Assembly (NCBI GenBank): GCA_018674305.1
Contig: JABHAL010000002.1
Coordinates: 4,496-68,495 of the forward strand
DNA length: 64,000 nucleotides
Direction of reading: 5' to 3'
From: Candidatus Falkowbacteria bacterium
Lineage (GTDB): Bacteria; Patescibacteriota; Patescibacteriia; UBA11705; JABHMO01
The translations under genes were made by a program, and so were the position numbers. The notes beneath the pieces are model-generated. The model had not been told where the DNA came from, did no database searches, and worked only from the letters and a program-made list of their open reading frames with translations. Below, piece by piece: positions 39,489 to 49,017 of the stretch (positions within the stretch are counted from its first letter, which is position 1; every line of letters begins with the position of its first letter).

Positions 39489-40748
39489 TTATTTTAAGTC
39501 TAATTCAATCGACATTAAACGATTATACTTAGCCACTCGCTCACTGCGAGACAAAGATCCGGTTTTGATAAAATCTGCATTAACCGCAACTGCCAAATCA
39601 GCAATAAAGGTATCACAAGTTTCACCTGATCGATGTGAAATGCTAACTTTATACTTATGTTTTTTTGCTAAGTAAATTGCATTAATGGTCTCTGTTAAAC
39701 TACCAATCTGATTTAGCTTGATTAAAATCCCATTACCAACTCCCATATCTATCCCCTTTTGCAGACGTTCAACATTTGTAACAAACAAATCATCGCCAAT
39801 TAAAGTTACTTGAGAACCAATAAAACCAGTTGCTTTCATCCAGTTAATCCAATCATCCTCATCTAATGGATCTTCAAGTGAGATTATTGGATATTTTTTC
39901 AACCATTTATCAAGAGTTTTTATAACTTCATCTGCTGAAACTTTTTTCTTTCCGGATTTATCATTCAATGAATAATTTCCGGATTTTTTATCATAATATT
40001 CAGACAAGGCCAAATCAGATGCTAGAAACGCATCCTTTCCAGGTTTATATCCTGCTTTTTTAATTGCTTTTATAATAAATTCAAAAGCCTCTTCATTTGA
40101 TTTTAAATTAGGCGCGAACCCACCTTCATCACCAACCAACGTTTGGTAACCTGCGTCTTTTAATAACTTTTTAAGAGAATGGAAAACTTCTGCACCAATT
40201 CGAACTCGCTTTGCAAAAGAAGGCGCCTTTGGCACAACCATAAACTCCTGAACTGTGACTGAATTATCAGCATGTTTTCCGCCGTTGATAATATTCATGG
40301 TTGGCAATGGCATCTTCCATCCCTTTTCTTTCAGCTTGTAAGTTTCTCGAATATAACGATAAAGTGGTTTTTTCTTTGCTCTAGCGCCTGCTCGAGCGCA
40401 CGCTAAAGAGACAGCTAAAATTGCATTAGCACCAAGTTTTGCTTTGTTCGGTGTACCATCAAGATCAAGCATCAACTGATCAATCTTTTTCTGTAGAGTA
40501 ACATTGATACCTTTTAACTTAGGTGCGATTTTTCTATTTACATTGTTAACAGCTTTTAATACGCCCTTCCCGTTGTATCTTTTTTTGTCACCATCTCTTA
40601 ATTCTAATGCTTCATGAATTCCAGTAGAAGCTCCGGATGGGACAAAGGCCCTAGCTTTTATCCCGTTAGTTAATTCTACCTGTGCTAACACAGTTGGATT
40701 ACCACGAGAGTCCAAAATTTCACGAGCAAAAACTTTTTTGATTTTCAT
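39489..40748 (-). CDS. eno: enolase
   Basis: [21 protein letters not shown]-terminus and SHRSGETED-like SHRSGETCD. Confidence 0.9.
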   Translation of the reverse strand: MKIKKVFAREILDSRGNPTVLAQVELTNGIKARAFVPSGASTGIHEALELRDGDKKRYNGKGVLKAVNNVNRKIAPKLKGINVTLQKKIDQLMLDLDGTPNKAKLGANAILAVSLACARAGARAKKKPLYRYIRETYKLKEKGWKMPLPTMNIINGGKHADNSVTVQEFMVVPKAPSFAKRVRIGAEVFHSLKKLLKDAGYQTLVGDEGGFAPNLKSNEEAFEFIIKAIKKAGYKPGKDAFLASDLALSEYYDKKSGNYSLNDKSGKKKVSADEVIKTLDKWLKKYPIISLEDPLDEDDWINWMKATGFIGSQVTLIGDDLFVTNVERLQKGIDMGVGNGILIKLNQIGSLTETINAIYLAKKHKYKVSISHRSGETCDTFIADLAVAVNADFIKTGSLSRSERVAKYNRLMSIELDLK

Positions 40749-40752
40749 AATA

Positions 40753-41910
40753 TTATTTTAATAATGATTTAACACCTGGTAAATTTTTTCCAGCTAAAAA
40801 CTCTAACATGGCCCCACCGCCAGTAGAAATGAAGTCATAATACCGACCCATTCCTGACATTTCAATTGCCAAGGTTGTTTCGCCACCTCCAGCAATACCA
40901 ATATTTTTTCCCGATGACCGTGCACCAATTAATTTAGCTAATGCTATAGTGCCATGACTAAATTTTTTATTTTCCAGCAAGCCCATTGGACCGCCCCACA
41001 CAATAGTTCTGGCTTCACGAATATGTTTTGAAAATAATTTAATTGTTTCAGGTCCAATATCTAAAATCATTTCATTTCTATTGCATAAATTCTTATCTTT
41101 TCCGATTTTCTTGACAACAATTTTTCGCATTGATTTATCAGAAATAATAACATCTTTTGGTAATAATATTTTTCTTGAATTCAACATTTTTTTTGCTTTT
41201 GATATTTTTGACACTTCAACCAAAGAATCTCCAATTTTGAAACCTTTCGCTAACAAAAATGTATTTGCCACACCTCCGGCCACCATAACTTTCGAATAAG
41301 TTTTTAGAAAGTTTTCTACTACATCAAACTTTGTTTTTACTTTTGCTCCGCCAATCAAAGCAACTGCCGGCTTTTTCGGATTCAATGCCTTACTTAAATA
41401 CTTTACTTCATTCTCAAAATTCAATCCCGCGTAACTTGGTAAAAACTTAGTGATTCCAACAGTAGAAGCAGTTTTGCGATGACTAACAGCAAACGCCTCG
41501 TTTACAAAAACATCACCAAGTTTTGCCAATTCCTTCGCAAGCACTAAGTTATTTTCATCTTCTCTTTTATCGTAGCGAACATTTTCAAGTAACAACACTG
41601 TGGCAGTCCCAGACTTGAATTTGACATCAACACCTTTTAACTGCTTTTTCAAAACCTTGTAAACTGGCTCCAAACTTAGACTTTTCACACGTCGACCTTC
41701 AGGTCTTCCAAAATGAGAGATCAAAACTATTTTACATTTTTGCTTTATTAAATATTTAATAGTAGGTAAAGCTCTCTCAATCTTAAAATCATCCTGGACC
41801 TTGCCTTTAATTATTGGGACATTAAAATCTACACGAAGGACAATTCGTTTATTTTTCAAATCCTCCTCCGGCATTCGCCGAACTTTGTTTTTAATTGATT
41901 TTAATTTCAT
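40753..41910 (-). CDS. pgk: phosphoglycerate kinase
   Basis: RVDFNVP N-terminal motif, GGGA and hinge region. Confidence 0.9.
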   Translation of the reverse strand: MKLKSIKNKVRRMPEEDLKNKRIVLRVDFNVPIIKGKVQDDFKIERALPTIKYLIKQKCKIVLISHFGRPEGRRVKSLSLEPVYKVLKKQLKGVDVKFKSGTATVLLLENVRYDKREDENNLVLAKELAKLGDVFVNEAFAVSHRKTASTVGITKFLPSYAGLNFENEVKYLSKALNPKKPAVALIGGAKVKTKFDVVENFLKTYSKVMVAGGVANTFLLAKGFKIGDSLVEVSKISKAKKMLNSRKILLPKDVIISDKSMRKIVVKKIGKDKNLCNRNEMILDIGPETIKLFSKHIREARTIVWGGPMGLLENKKFSHGTIALAKLIGARSSGKNIGIAGGGETTLAIEMSGMGRYYDFISTGGGAMLEFLAGKNLPGVKSLLK

Positions 41911-41919
41911 TTTTTTATT

Positions 41920-42174
41920 TTAATCCCCTGCAATCGAAATCAATTCCCAGGAGCTACCGTCAACTTTGTTAATTTTAACTTTTGCGCCCTCGGCAACTGT
42001 ATTTCTACTCAACATCTGTAAATTGAACTCTAAATTTTCAGAACTAATATCTGCACCATGTTCGATCACTGAACCCAAATCAATCAAAATCTTCTTAACC
42101 TGCTTGAGGTTATTTTTTTTCGCTTGTTCCAGCACAAGCTTGTGGATTTTGTCCGCTACATGAAGATCATGCAT
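41920..42174 (-). CDS. HypA/HybF-like hydrogenase nickel-insertion protein, N-terminal domain only (no CxxC zinc ribbon)
   Basis: MHDLHVADKIHKLVLEQAKKNNLKQVKKILIDLGSV parallels the HypA MHE-motif N-terminus. Only 84 aa and lacks the C-terminal Cys4 zinc site. Confidence 0.4.
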   Translation of the reverse strand: MHDLHVADKIHKLVLEQAKKNNLKQVKKILIDLGSVIEHGADISSENLEFNLQMLSRNTVAEGAKVKINKVDGSSWELISIAGD

Positions 42175-42307
42175 AATTTTTTGATATATTAATTATAGCA
42201 TAATATTTATTGTAATTAAAATTACTTTATTGACAAAAGAGGTCTTTATTGTTATATTAATAAAAATGAACGTTAACAAGCAGAAATGCTTTATATAGGA
42301 GGAGGTT

Positions 42308-43078
42308 ATGGTCTGGACAAGTGCAGATGAAAGCCGAGCACGCAGAGAGGGGTTCAGTGTTGAGCAAGAAAGAAATCGCCAACGGTATATAGATCACATT
42401 AAGGCGAATAATGCTCTACAAGAGAAAGAAAAAGAAAGAAAAAAAAGAGAAAAAGAAAAAGATGATGATAAGATGAAAGTCCAGTTAGTATTGATGTTCT
42501 TTGTTGCTCCAGTTGTGATTATTTTTATGATTGTCCTTTTAATCATTCAAATATCTGGCAACGGTCACATCCTCACCGGTGATTCCAAAATTGCTTCTGA
42601 GTATAAGCAAAAGAGAAAGGAAGTAGTAGAACTGCAAGAAAAATTGTCCGAAAAAATAACTAAACTGGGAGTTGCTGAAACAGAATTCAAAGCAACAATC
42701 GCTAGCAATGTTGGGACAATTCAGAGTAACATTAGACGTGGGCAAATCAGGAGCTTCAATGATGCAGTAAGGAATCAAGAAAGCAACACCAAACTCAAGA
42801 TAATTGCCAAAGCACAAGCTTATCTCGAAATCGTGACTGCTGAGAAAAGAGCAGTTGCCAGAGCGGGTGTTGAGCTTCAAGGAATACGGGCTAATCTTGA
42901 CCTTGATCTAACAATGCTAAAAGCGACAGATCAAGAAGAAATGGACGATTTGATTAAAAAGCTTGATAATGTCATCACAAAAATCAAGCCTGTAGCAGAG
43001 GAATACGTAATCAATGATTACAACAGAGGTTCCTCAGATCTCAAAAGCACTTGGAATAAATATTTTATTCAGAAGTAG
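42308..43078 (+). CDS. membrane-anchored protein, member 1 of a family sharing a ~100-aa conserved module
   Basis: Basic N-terminus, one TM, then the module KAQAYLEIV...LDLDLTMLKATDQEEMDDLIKKLDNVITKIKPVAEEYVIND. Confidence 0.6.
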   Translation: MVWTSADESRARREGFSVEQERNRQRYIDHIKANNALQEKEKERKKREKEKDDDKMKVQLVLMFFVAPVVIIFMIVLLIIQISGNGHILTGDSKIASEYKQKRKEVVELQEKLSEKITKLGVAETEFKATIASNVGTIQSNIRRGQIRSFNDAVRNQESNTKLKIIAKAQAYLEIVTAEKRAVARAGVELQGIRANLDLDLTMLKATDQEEMDDLIKKLDNVITKIKPVAEEYVINDYNRGSSDLKSTWNKYFIQK

Positions 43079-43192
43079 ACGTGGACTCGACAATCTTATT
43101 GTCGAGTTTTTAAATTCAGAAAACATTGACAAATAACTAGAAATAAGGGAAAATAACCTAATTGAACTTTAACAACAAAACAAGGGGGAAAC

Positions 43193-43741
43193 ATGCGACA
43201 TCATACAATATGTTTTTTTACATTAATATTTCTTCTTTGTTTACCCACCTGCAACAAAAGAGATGCAAAAAAGGAAACTAAGGAAAAATATGAAACTGTA
43301 ATTTCCTTAATGGAAAAACTACATGAGAAGCATGTCAACATTGACAACACAATAAAAAAGTTCAAAGACAAAAAAACTGAATTCAAAAAAGCCATCAAAG
43401 GGATTAAATCCAAACGTGGAATTTCGTCTTATGCTGAGGCAGAAAACAACAAGCCTTTAATGATCCATCTAACAGCCTACCAAAAAGTTGAAGCATATTT
43501 AAAAATACTTAAGGAAGAAGATAAAAAAACTGAACAAGCCGCCATTGAATTATATGGTATTCAGATGCAACTTGAGCTTGACATTGAAATGCTTGAAAGC
43601 ATAGAAAATGCCGACCTGGAAGAAACACTTAAGCAATTGAATTTAGTGATTGACAAAATCCAGCCTACAGCAGATAACCTGGTATTAAATGATGAAAACA
43701 CACCCAAAACGCCACTAGAAAAACTTTTCAATGAACTTTGA
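43193..43741 (+). CDS. lipoprotein, member 2 of the conserved-module family
   Basis: Signal peptide with Cys (LCLPTC). Module QKVEAYLKIL...LELDIEMLESIENADLEETLKQLNLVIDKIQPTADNLVLND...PLEKLFNEL. Confidence 0.6.
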   Translation: MRHHTICFFTLIFLLCLPTCNKRDAKKETKEKYETVISLMEKLHEKHVNIDNTIKKFKDKKTEFKKAIKGIKSKRGISSYAEAENNKPLMIHLTAYQKVEAYLKILKEEDKKTEQAAIELYGIQMQLELDIEMLESIENADLEETLKQLNLVIDKIQPTADNLVLNDENTPKTPLEKLFNEL

Positions 43742-43753
43742 AAACAACTCATC

Positions 43754-43784
43754 AAAACCAGCACCACACCGTGCTGGTTTTTTC
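43754..43784 (+). terminator. rho-independent terminator (copy 1 of a duplicated terminator)
   Basis: ACCAGCAC-cacacc-GTGCTGGT followed by TTTTT. Identical to the hairpin at 45684..45713. Confidence 0.6.
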
Positions 43785-43856
43785 ATTGACAAATCATAAA
43801 AAATAAGGGAAAATAACCTAATTGGACTTTGACAACAACCCATTGAGGAGGCCTTA

Positions 43857-45677
43857 ATGAAACATTACTTGAATACAATAGTTCTCCTACTTGTTATTAT
43901 TTTCTTCTCGGTGACCTGCAGTAAAAATGAACAGCCAAATGAAGTCATAGATTCAAAACCCAACAGCTCCGCTAAACTACTTGCTAAATTCAAGCACACA
44001 CAAGCAGTTTATGGAATTGACTGGCATCCTGATGGAAAACTAATTGCATCTAGACACTACCGAGACACAGCTTTCATCTGGAACACTGAAAACAAAACTC
44101 GACAATTTGTTCATGATGGCAAGCAACTCACCGACATAAAATTCAGTACTGATGGTAGTTACTTAGCCTTTATTGATCACGAAATTTCTAAATATAGCTG
44201 TCAGCGCGAATGTCGTTACTCTGACTATGAACGTTGCAATGACTGCAAGAAAAAACACGAGAACGATTACGATGTGAGATTCTTGTCAAAAGTCTACGAC
44301 CTTAGACTAAAACATTACTTAAAAGAAATAGCAAGTGGCTCCGCTCAAACAATCTCAGCTGACCTCAAGGTATATGTCACCCACGCTCTCGATTCAAAAA
44401 TAATCTACTTTGATGGGACATACTTCTTTTCCTCCAGCAGTCGTGCAGGGATGGAGACTTTCATAGAGTCTAGTTCGAAAAATCACTTTTTTCATGAAGT
44501 AAAAAGTTATTCTGTGCGAAAAACAGAAGAAACAAAAGAAGGAAATACACACCTCGGCGCAATGACAATTTTCTTGTCCACAAAAGGAAATCTGTTAAAG
44601 ATTTTCAATCAAGCCGACGACGGGAAGGGGCCTCATTGTTCCATAAAACAATGCAGTCATGATTACAAAATTATGGCTGCAGAGTGGCAACCCGGAACTA
44701 AGAAAATAACAGTTTTAAGTTCTGACAACATTCTAAGTCTTTGGGATAGTTGTTTCTCAGGTAAACAGCTTTACACCTACAATCACTCTGGCAGTGAAGC
44801 AGTGACCCTAAAATGGAATGTATCAGGTGATGTTCTGGCAGTTCAATTCATGAACAATATTTTACTGTTCAATGAAAAATTGGAACTCCAAAAAACACTG
44901 GATATTATGAGTAATGATATTGCCTGGAACAAAGATGGCAATATTTTAGCAGTCATTACCAAAAATAAAATTTATTTTTGGGACAACCTGAATTCGAATC
45001 TAACTTTTCATGAAAGTTCAGAAAAAATTAATGATTTTGCCTGGAATCCGGAATTCAATCAATTCGCCCTGGCGACTGAAGTGAATGACGACGAAGGCTT
45101 TGTAGAAATTTGGGAGATTGACTCTTCTTATAGAATCATCGTCGCCAACAAAAAGAGAACTTCCAATAATACAGAACATCAGCTGACAATCAAAGAAGAA
45201 ACAGTAAAAAAATTAACCACTGTTCGCTCTCTCATAAAACAATTACAAAAAAAGGAAGAATCACTATCAGATGATCTTCGATCCTTCCAAACTGACGTAG
45301 ACAGATACAAATCAACAATCACTGACTTGAAACTACACAACAATATTGCAAGCTATAAAGAAGCGGTCAAGAATGACCGGATAAACAATTATCTTGTAGC
45401 GATGCAAAAAGCTTTGGCCTACATGGACTTTATTAAACATGAGCTTTTAACTACTAGCAAAAGTTTAGTGGAGTCTGAAGGCACTCAATTACAACTGGAG
45501 CTTGATGCAAAAATTCTGGACAGCTTAGACGAGAACAAATTGGACCAGATGATTGCTCAATTGGACTTGGTTATCACAAAAATTCAACCAAACGCCCAGG
45601 AACTCGTGATTAAAGAAAATGACACACAAAAAATACCATTAGAAAAACTATACAATGAGTATTTTGAAGATGAGTAG
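43857..45677 (+). CDS. lipoprotein with WD40-like beta-propeller region and the C-terminal conserved module (member 3)
   Basis: Lipobox FSVTC. Repeated W/D-containing beta-strand blocks. C-terminus QKALAYMDF...LELDAKILDSLDENKLDQMIAQLDLVITKIQPNAQELVIKENDTQKIPLEKLYNEY. Confidence 0.6.
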   Translation: MKHYLNTIVLLLVIIFFSVTCSKNEQPNEVIDSKPNSSAKLLAKFKHTQAVYGIDWHPDGKLIASRHYRDTAFIWNTENKTRQFVHDGKQLTDIKFSTDGSYLAFIDHEISKYSCQRECRYSDYERCNDCKKKHENDYDVRFLSKVYDLRLKHYLKEIASGSAQTISADLKVYVTHALDSKIIYFDGTYFFSSSSRAGMETFIESSSKNHFFHEVKSYSVRKTEETKEGNTHLGAMTIFLSTKGNLLKIFNQADDGKGPHCSIKQCSHDYKIMAAEWQPGTKKITVLSSDNILSLWDSCFSGKQLYTYNHSGSEAVTLKWNVSGDVLAVQFMNNILLFNEKLELQKTLDIMSNDIAWNKDGNILAVITKNKIYFWDNLNSNLTFHESSEKINDFAWNPEFNQFALATEVNDDEGFVEIWEIDSSYRIIVANKKRTSNNTEHQLTIKEETVKKLTTVRSLIKQLQKKEESLSDDLRSFQTDVDRYKSTITDLKLHNNIASYKEAVKNDRINNYLVAMQKALAYMDFIKHELLTTSKSLVESEGTQLQLELDAKILDSLDENKLDQMIAQLDLVITKIQPNAQELVIKENDTQKIPLEKLYNEYFEDE

Positions 45678-45683
45678 ATAACA

Positions 45684-45713
45684 CAAACCAGCACCACACC
45701 GTGCTGGTTTTAT
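45684..45713 (+). terminator. rho-independent terminator (copy 2 of the duplicated terminator)
   Basis: AAACCAGCACCACACCGTGCTGGTTTTATT, same stem-loop as at 43754. Confidence 0.6.
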
Positions 45714-45788
45714 TATTGACAATAACGTAAAATATTAGTAAGATACAATGATTATGAACTTTTACAACAAAATGACAAGGAGGCCCAA

Positions 45789-48008
45789 ATGTCCAGATGG
45801 CTAAAGACAATTATTACTGTTATTATTATCATTTTTGCTTGTTCTTGTAACAAAGACAAAAAGGCCAAGAAAAATAAGTCAACTCGTCCTGAAGTCGCTG
45901 AAAAAAACTCCCCTAACTCCAATACTGAACCAGCTCCCCTCTCACAAGAAAAAGAAGCTCCACCAAAGTCAAAAAAAGAAATTTCCGAAGAAAAGCTTGA
46001 ACATGTAAAGCATCTTCGCAGAAAACTCGAAAGAAAAGAAAGAACCTTGGCTGGCGCACTTATTACATACAAAGACAAAATTTCTATTTTTGTTCAAGAA
46101 ATCAAACAAGAACGTAACCGTAGAAACTTGGTTGAATACAATCAGGCAATTTCAAGTAATTCAATCAAGCATAATCTCGAGGCAATTCAAAAAGCTGAGG
46201 CCTACTGGGGAATTACTAATAGGGAAAAAGTAAAAACAAAACTGGCAATTGTCGACGCAGAAGGAACTGAAAAACTACTTGATCTAGACATCACCATGTT
46301 TAGCACCATGCCTGAAGATGAAATCGACAAACTACTTGATGAACTTGACCTTGTAATTAATAGAATCCAACCGACAGCCAGAGATCTTGTTATCACAGAC
46401 AAGGAAACTGTGCTTACTCCTCTTGATGAGATTTACGAAAAACATATTCGTAAAGAGGAACGTGAGCGAGAAAAAAAGGAAATTGAGCGTAAAAAAAAAG
46501 CTGAAGCTGACCGGTTAGAACGAGAGCGTCAGGTAAAACTAGCAAAAGAAAAAGCGTTAGCAGATACCCAGGCTCGTGCAGCCCTTAATGCTGAAGCTCG
46601 TCGCCAAGCGTTAATTGCTAGGAAACAAGCCGATGAAGAGGCTGCTAGTCAAGAGAGGACTGCCAGACTACAAGCAATCGCCGAGGCTACACGCCAAGCA
46701 AAAATTGCCAGACAGCAAATAACAGCCGAAGAAAACCGCATAGCTGATGAAGTAGTAAAACAAATTGAGTATAAGAAACGCGAAGCTGAAAATCGTGCCC
46801 GAGAAAAAGCTGCTGAACTTGCTAGTAAGCAAAAAACAGCAGCAGCGATTGCTAACATCAAAATTATCAAACCCACTATCTGGACTTCTATTGCATATTA
46901 CAGACCTGGGGGTGATGGTGCAGGTTACATCCGTTGGTCAAATGATAGCAAAGCAGTGGCTATCACCACCTCATCAAAAATGACTATTAAGGGTGTTCCT
47001 CAAAGCACAACTTATGAGCTTGAATCTAATTACGATAACAGCGACTATATAACCGACATGATCTGGTCTCAAAGCAAAACCAAAATTGCAATCTATTATT
47101 CACATTCTTGTGCACTGGAAAGAGGAAACGCCAAGATTGCAATTTACTCGTTAACAAATGATAAAGAGCTCTGGAGGGTGGAAGTCGAATGCTCCCAAGC
47201 CGCTAGTTTCCTTGGTTGGTTTGGTGATTATATTGTCCTTAAAGCATCCGCTGGGTACAGTAGAAATTTTCACATTTACATTATCAATACGAAAACCAAG
47301 AAAACTCAATCATTCACAGCTGACGCGATAACCCCAGTAAACAACTCCTCTGTCTTTGCTGCAAGCTCAAAAAGAATAATCCAAGTCAGTCTTTCTGACA
47401 GAACAATTCTAAAAGAGTTTAAGTTTTGTCGAGATGATGACGAGTCTCTTTATTATTCTTTTTGCCCAGGAGAGATTGACATTCATAAACTCGCCTACAC
47501 GAGCGGGCATCTAATTTCATCAGAGTCGCCACAAAACGGAGAAAGTAGCTTCTCCATTTGGGACACAACTTCTGGAAATAAACTCCACTGGTTTAAAGGT
47601 GACGAACCAAGAGATCTTTGGTGGCTAAAAGACGGCAAAACAGCAGTTATTGCTTTGTCGTCTGGCACAATTTTTACAGTAAATGCGAAAAGTGGATCAA
47701 TTTACGAGAAAAAGCTCGTAGATGGTGCGATTGGCTTTTATGGCTATAATGTAAACACTTGGTCCACTAAAAAACCTCATCTTGTTATCAATAAAAATTC
47801 TCCTCAGCACGAAACAGCTCTTAATGAAAAAGCAGGTTCGTACAATACTCTCTTTGTCATGGATATTAGGGACCAACAAACAAAGGCCGTCTTGGTTATG
47901 GAGTCAGATATCTCAGATTCTGTCAGACTTTCATGGAGCCCAAACGGCAAGTACCTCGCAATTGGAGACAAGGGACTCCTTCATGTTTTCAATGTAAGCA
48001 ATATTTGA
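45789..48008 (+). CDS. large lipoprotein (member 4): low-complexity linker, conserved module, Arg/Ala/Glu coiled coil, C-terminal beta-propeller-like domain
   Basis: Lipobox FACSC. Module QKAEAYWGI...LDLDITMFSTMPEDEIDKLLDELDLVINRIQPTARDLVITDKETVLTPLDEIYEKH. A roughly 130-aa ERERE/KKAEA/ARRQA coiled coil, then a roughly 390-aa W/Y-rich beta domain. Confidence 0.6.
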   Translation: MSRWLKTIITVIIIIFACSCNKDKKAKKNKSTRPEVAEKNSPNSNTEPAPLSQEKEAPPKSKKEISEEKLEHVKHLRRKLERKERTLAGALITYKDKISIFVQEIKQERNRRNLVEYNQAISSNSIKHNLEAIQKAEAYWGITNREKVKTKLAIVDAEGTEKLLDLDITMFSTMPEDEIDKLLDELDLVINRIQPTARDLVITDKETVLTPLDEIYEKHIRKEEREREKKEIERKKKAEADRLERERQVKLAKEKALADTQARAALNAEARRQALIARKQADEEAASQERTARLQAIAEATRQAKIARQQITAEENRIADEVVKQIEYKKREAENRAREKAAELASKQKTAAAIANIKIIKPTIWTSIAYYRPGGDGAGYIRWSNDSKAVAITTSSKMTIKGVPQSTTYELESNYDNSDYITDMIWSQSKTKIAIYYSHSCALERGNAKIAIYSLTNDKELWRVEVECSQAASFLGWFGDYIVLKASAGYSRNFHIYIINTKTKKTQSFTADAITPVNNSSVFAASSKRIIQVSLSDRTILKEFKFCRDDDESLYYSFCPGEIDIHKLAYTSGHLISSESPQNGESSFSIWDTTSGNKLHWFKGDEPRDLWWLKDGKTAVIALSSGTIFTVNAKSGSIYEKKLVDGAIGFYGYNVNTWSTKKPHLVINKNSPQHETALNEKAGSYNTLFVMDIRDQQTKAVLVMESDISDSVRLSWSPNGKYLAIGDKGLLHVFNVSNI

Positions 48009-48012
48009 CAAT

Positions 48013-48041
48013 AAACCCACCTTCGACAAGGTGGGTTTTTA
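48013..48041 (+). terminator. rho-independent terminator
   Basis: ACCCACCTT-cgac-AAGGTGGGT followed by TTTT. Confidence 0.55.
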
Positions 48042-48105
48042 CTTGACAAAACCATTAAAATGTATAAAACTAGTATGAAAGGTTGATCTTTAACAGAAGG
48101 AGGTC

Positions 48106-48957
48106 GTGATGACGAAAAGATTAAAATTCTCCAGACTTATCCTAGGTATTATCTGTATCGCACTTGCAATTCTGATTTTCATGGCCTTAATTCGTTTTGG
48201 CACTGTATTTGCTTTTCTCATGATCTATCCGTGGATTTCCGACGCCTTGCAATCCTCTGCTGGAATGAATCACTGGCTAGCAAGTATAATCGCCTTTGTT
48301 CCGGCAGTCGTCGGGGTAATCGGCATTGGGATGCTTTTCTCCTGGAATAGGAAAAGACGAACTATCGGCATGGTCATGGCGGGTATCGCCTATCTCACCA
48401 CGTGCGCCTTTATGTACTCCATTGAGGCAGATCGCTCATTTGACCCCATTACAGGAAAAGCAAATAAATGCTATGCTGCAGGCTTAAACGGTTATGAAGA
48501 AATTTCTTGTGAATGGAAATTCCATCCCGAGACTGGCAATCCCGTCATCACAGACCTTGGTGAAATTAAAAAAATCATCACCTCAATGAATGTTTCAGAA
48601 AGTGAACCAAGGATCTCCAATAAGGTCCGTCCAAACAAAAACCTACGTTTCTTCTCTGTTGATGGAACACCTATGTATTGGTACTATGAATTTCCAGATG
48701 GCGTAATTGACATGTTTGACTCCCCTGGTAGACATCCACACTTCAACACAGTACTGCAGCCCATCACGCCAGAAATTGTAAAAATCGTTCTTTATCCTCA
48801 AGATAATTGGGATATTGAAAGAGTTAATTTGCCAGACTCAAAGCCCATCAGCCAGGGTGACCCAAAAGCGCTTTCATCTGCCAACAGCGGAAACGATAGC
48901 GCTATGGAAGAACTTCGCGATCTCTATATCGAGAGAAAAAAGCAACTAAAACAGTAA
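48106..48957 (+). CDS. membrane protein (3 N-terminal TM) with an extracytoplasmic domain, function unknown
   Basis: Own TTGACA promoter and GAAGGAGG SD. Hydrophobic N-terminal third then a soluble domain. Does not carry the conserved family module. Confidence 0.5.
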   Translation: MMTKRLKFSRLILGIICIALAILIFMALIRFGTVFAFLMIYPWISDALQSSAGMNHWLASIIAFVPAVVGVIGIGMLFSWNRKRRTIGMVMAGIAYLTTCAFMYSIEADRSFDPITGKANKCYAAGLNGYEEISCEWKFHPETGNPVITDLGEIKKIITSMNVSESEPRISNKVRPNKNLRFFSVDGTPMYWYYEFPDGVIDMFDSPGRHPHFNTVLQPITPEIVKIVLYPQDNWDIERVNLPDSKPISQGDPKALSSANSGNDSAMEELRDLYIERKKQLKQ

Positions 48958-49017
48958 ATCACAAACACAAGGCCCACCGTAACACGGAGGGTCTTTTTTA
49001 TACTTGGTAATTAAAAT

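Noticed and set aside
42539-46876. Minus-strand ORFs inside the lipoprotein genes (42539..42880, 43201..43413, 43561..43767, 45752..46078, 46202..46402, 46649..46876)
   Set aside because: They are antisense to long plus-strand genes that have clear promoters, SDs, signal peptides and a conserved domain. Their S/F/L-rich composition is typical of reverse frames.
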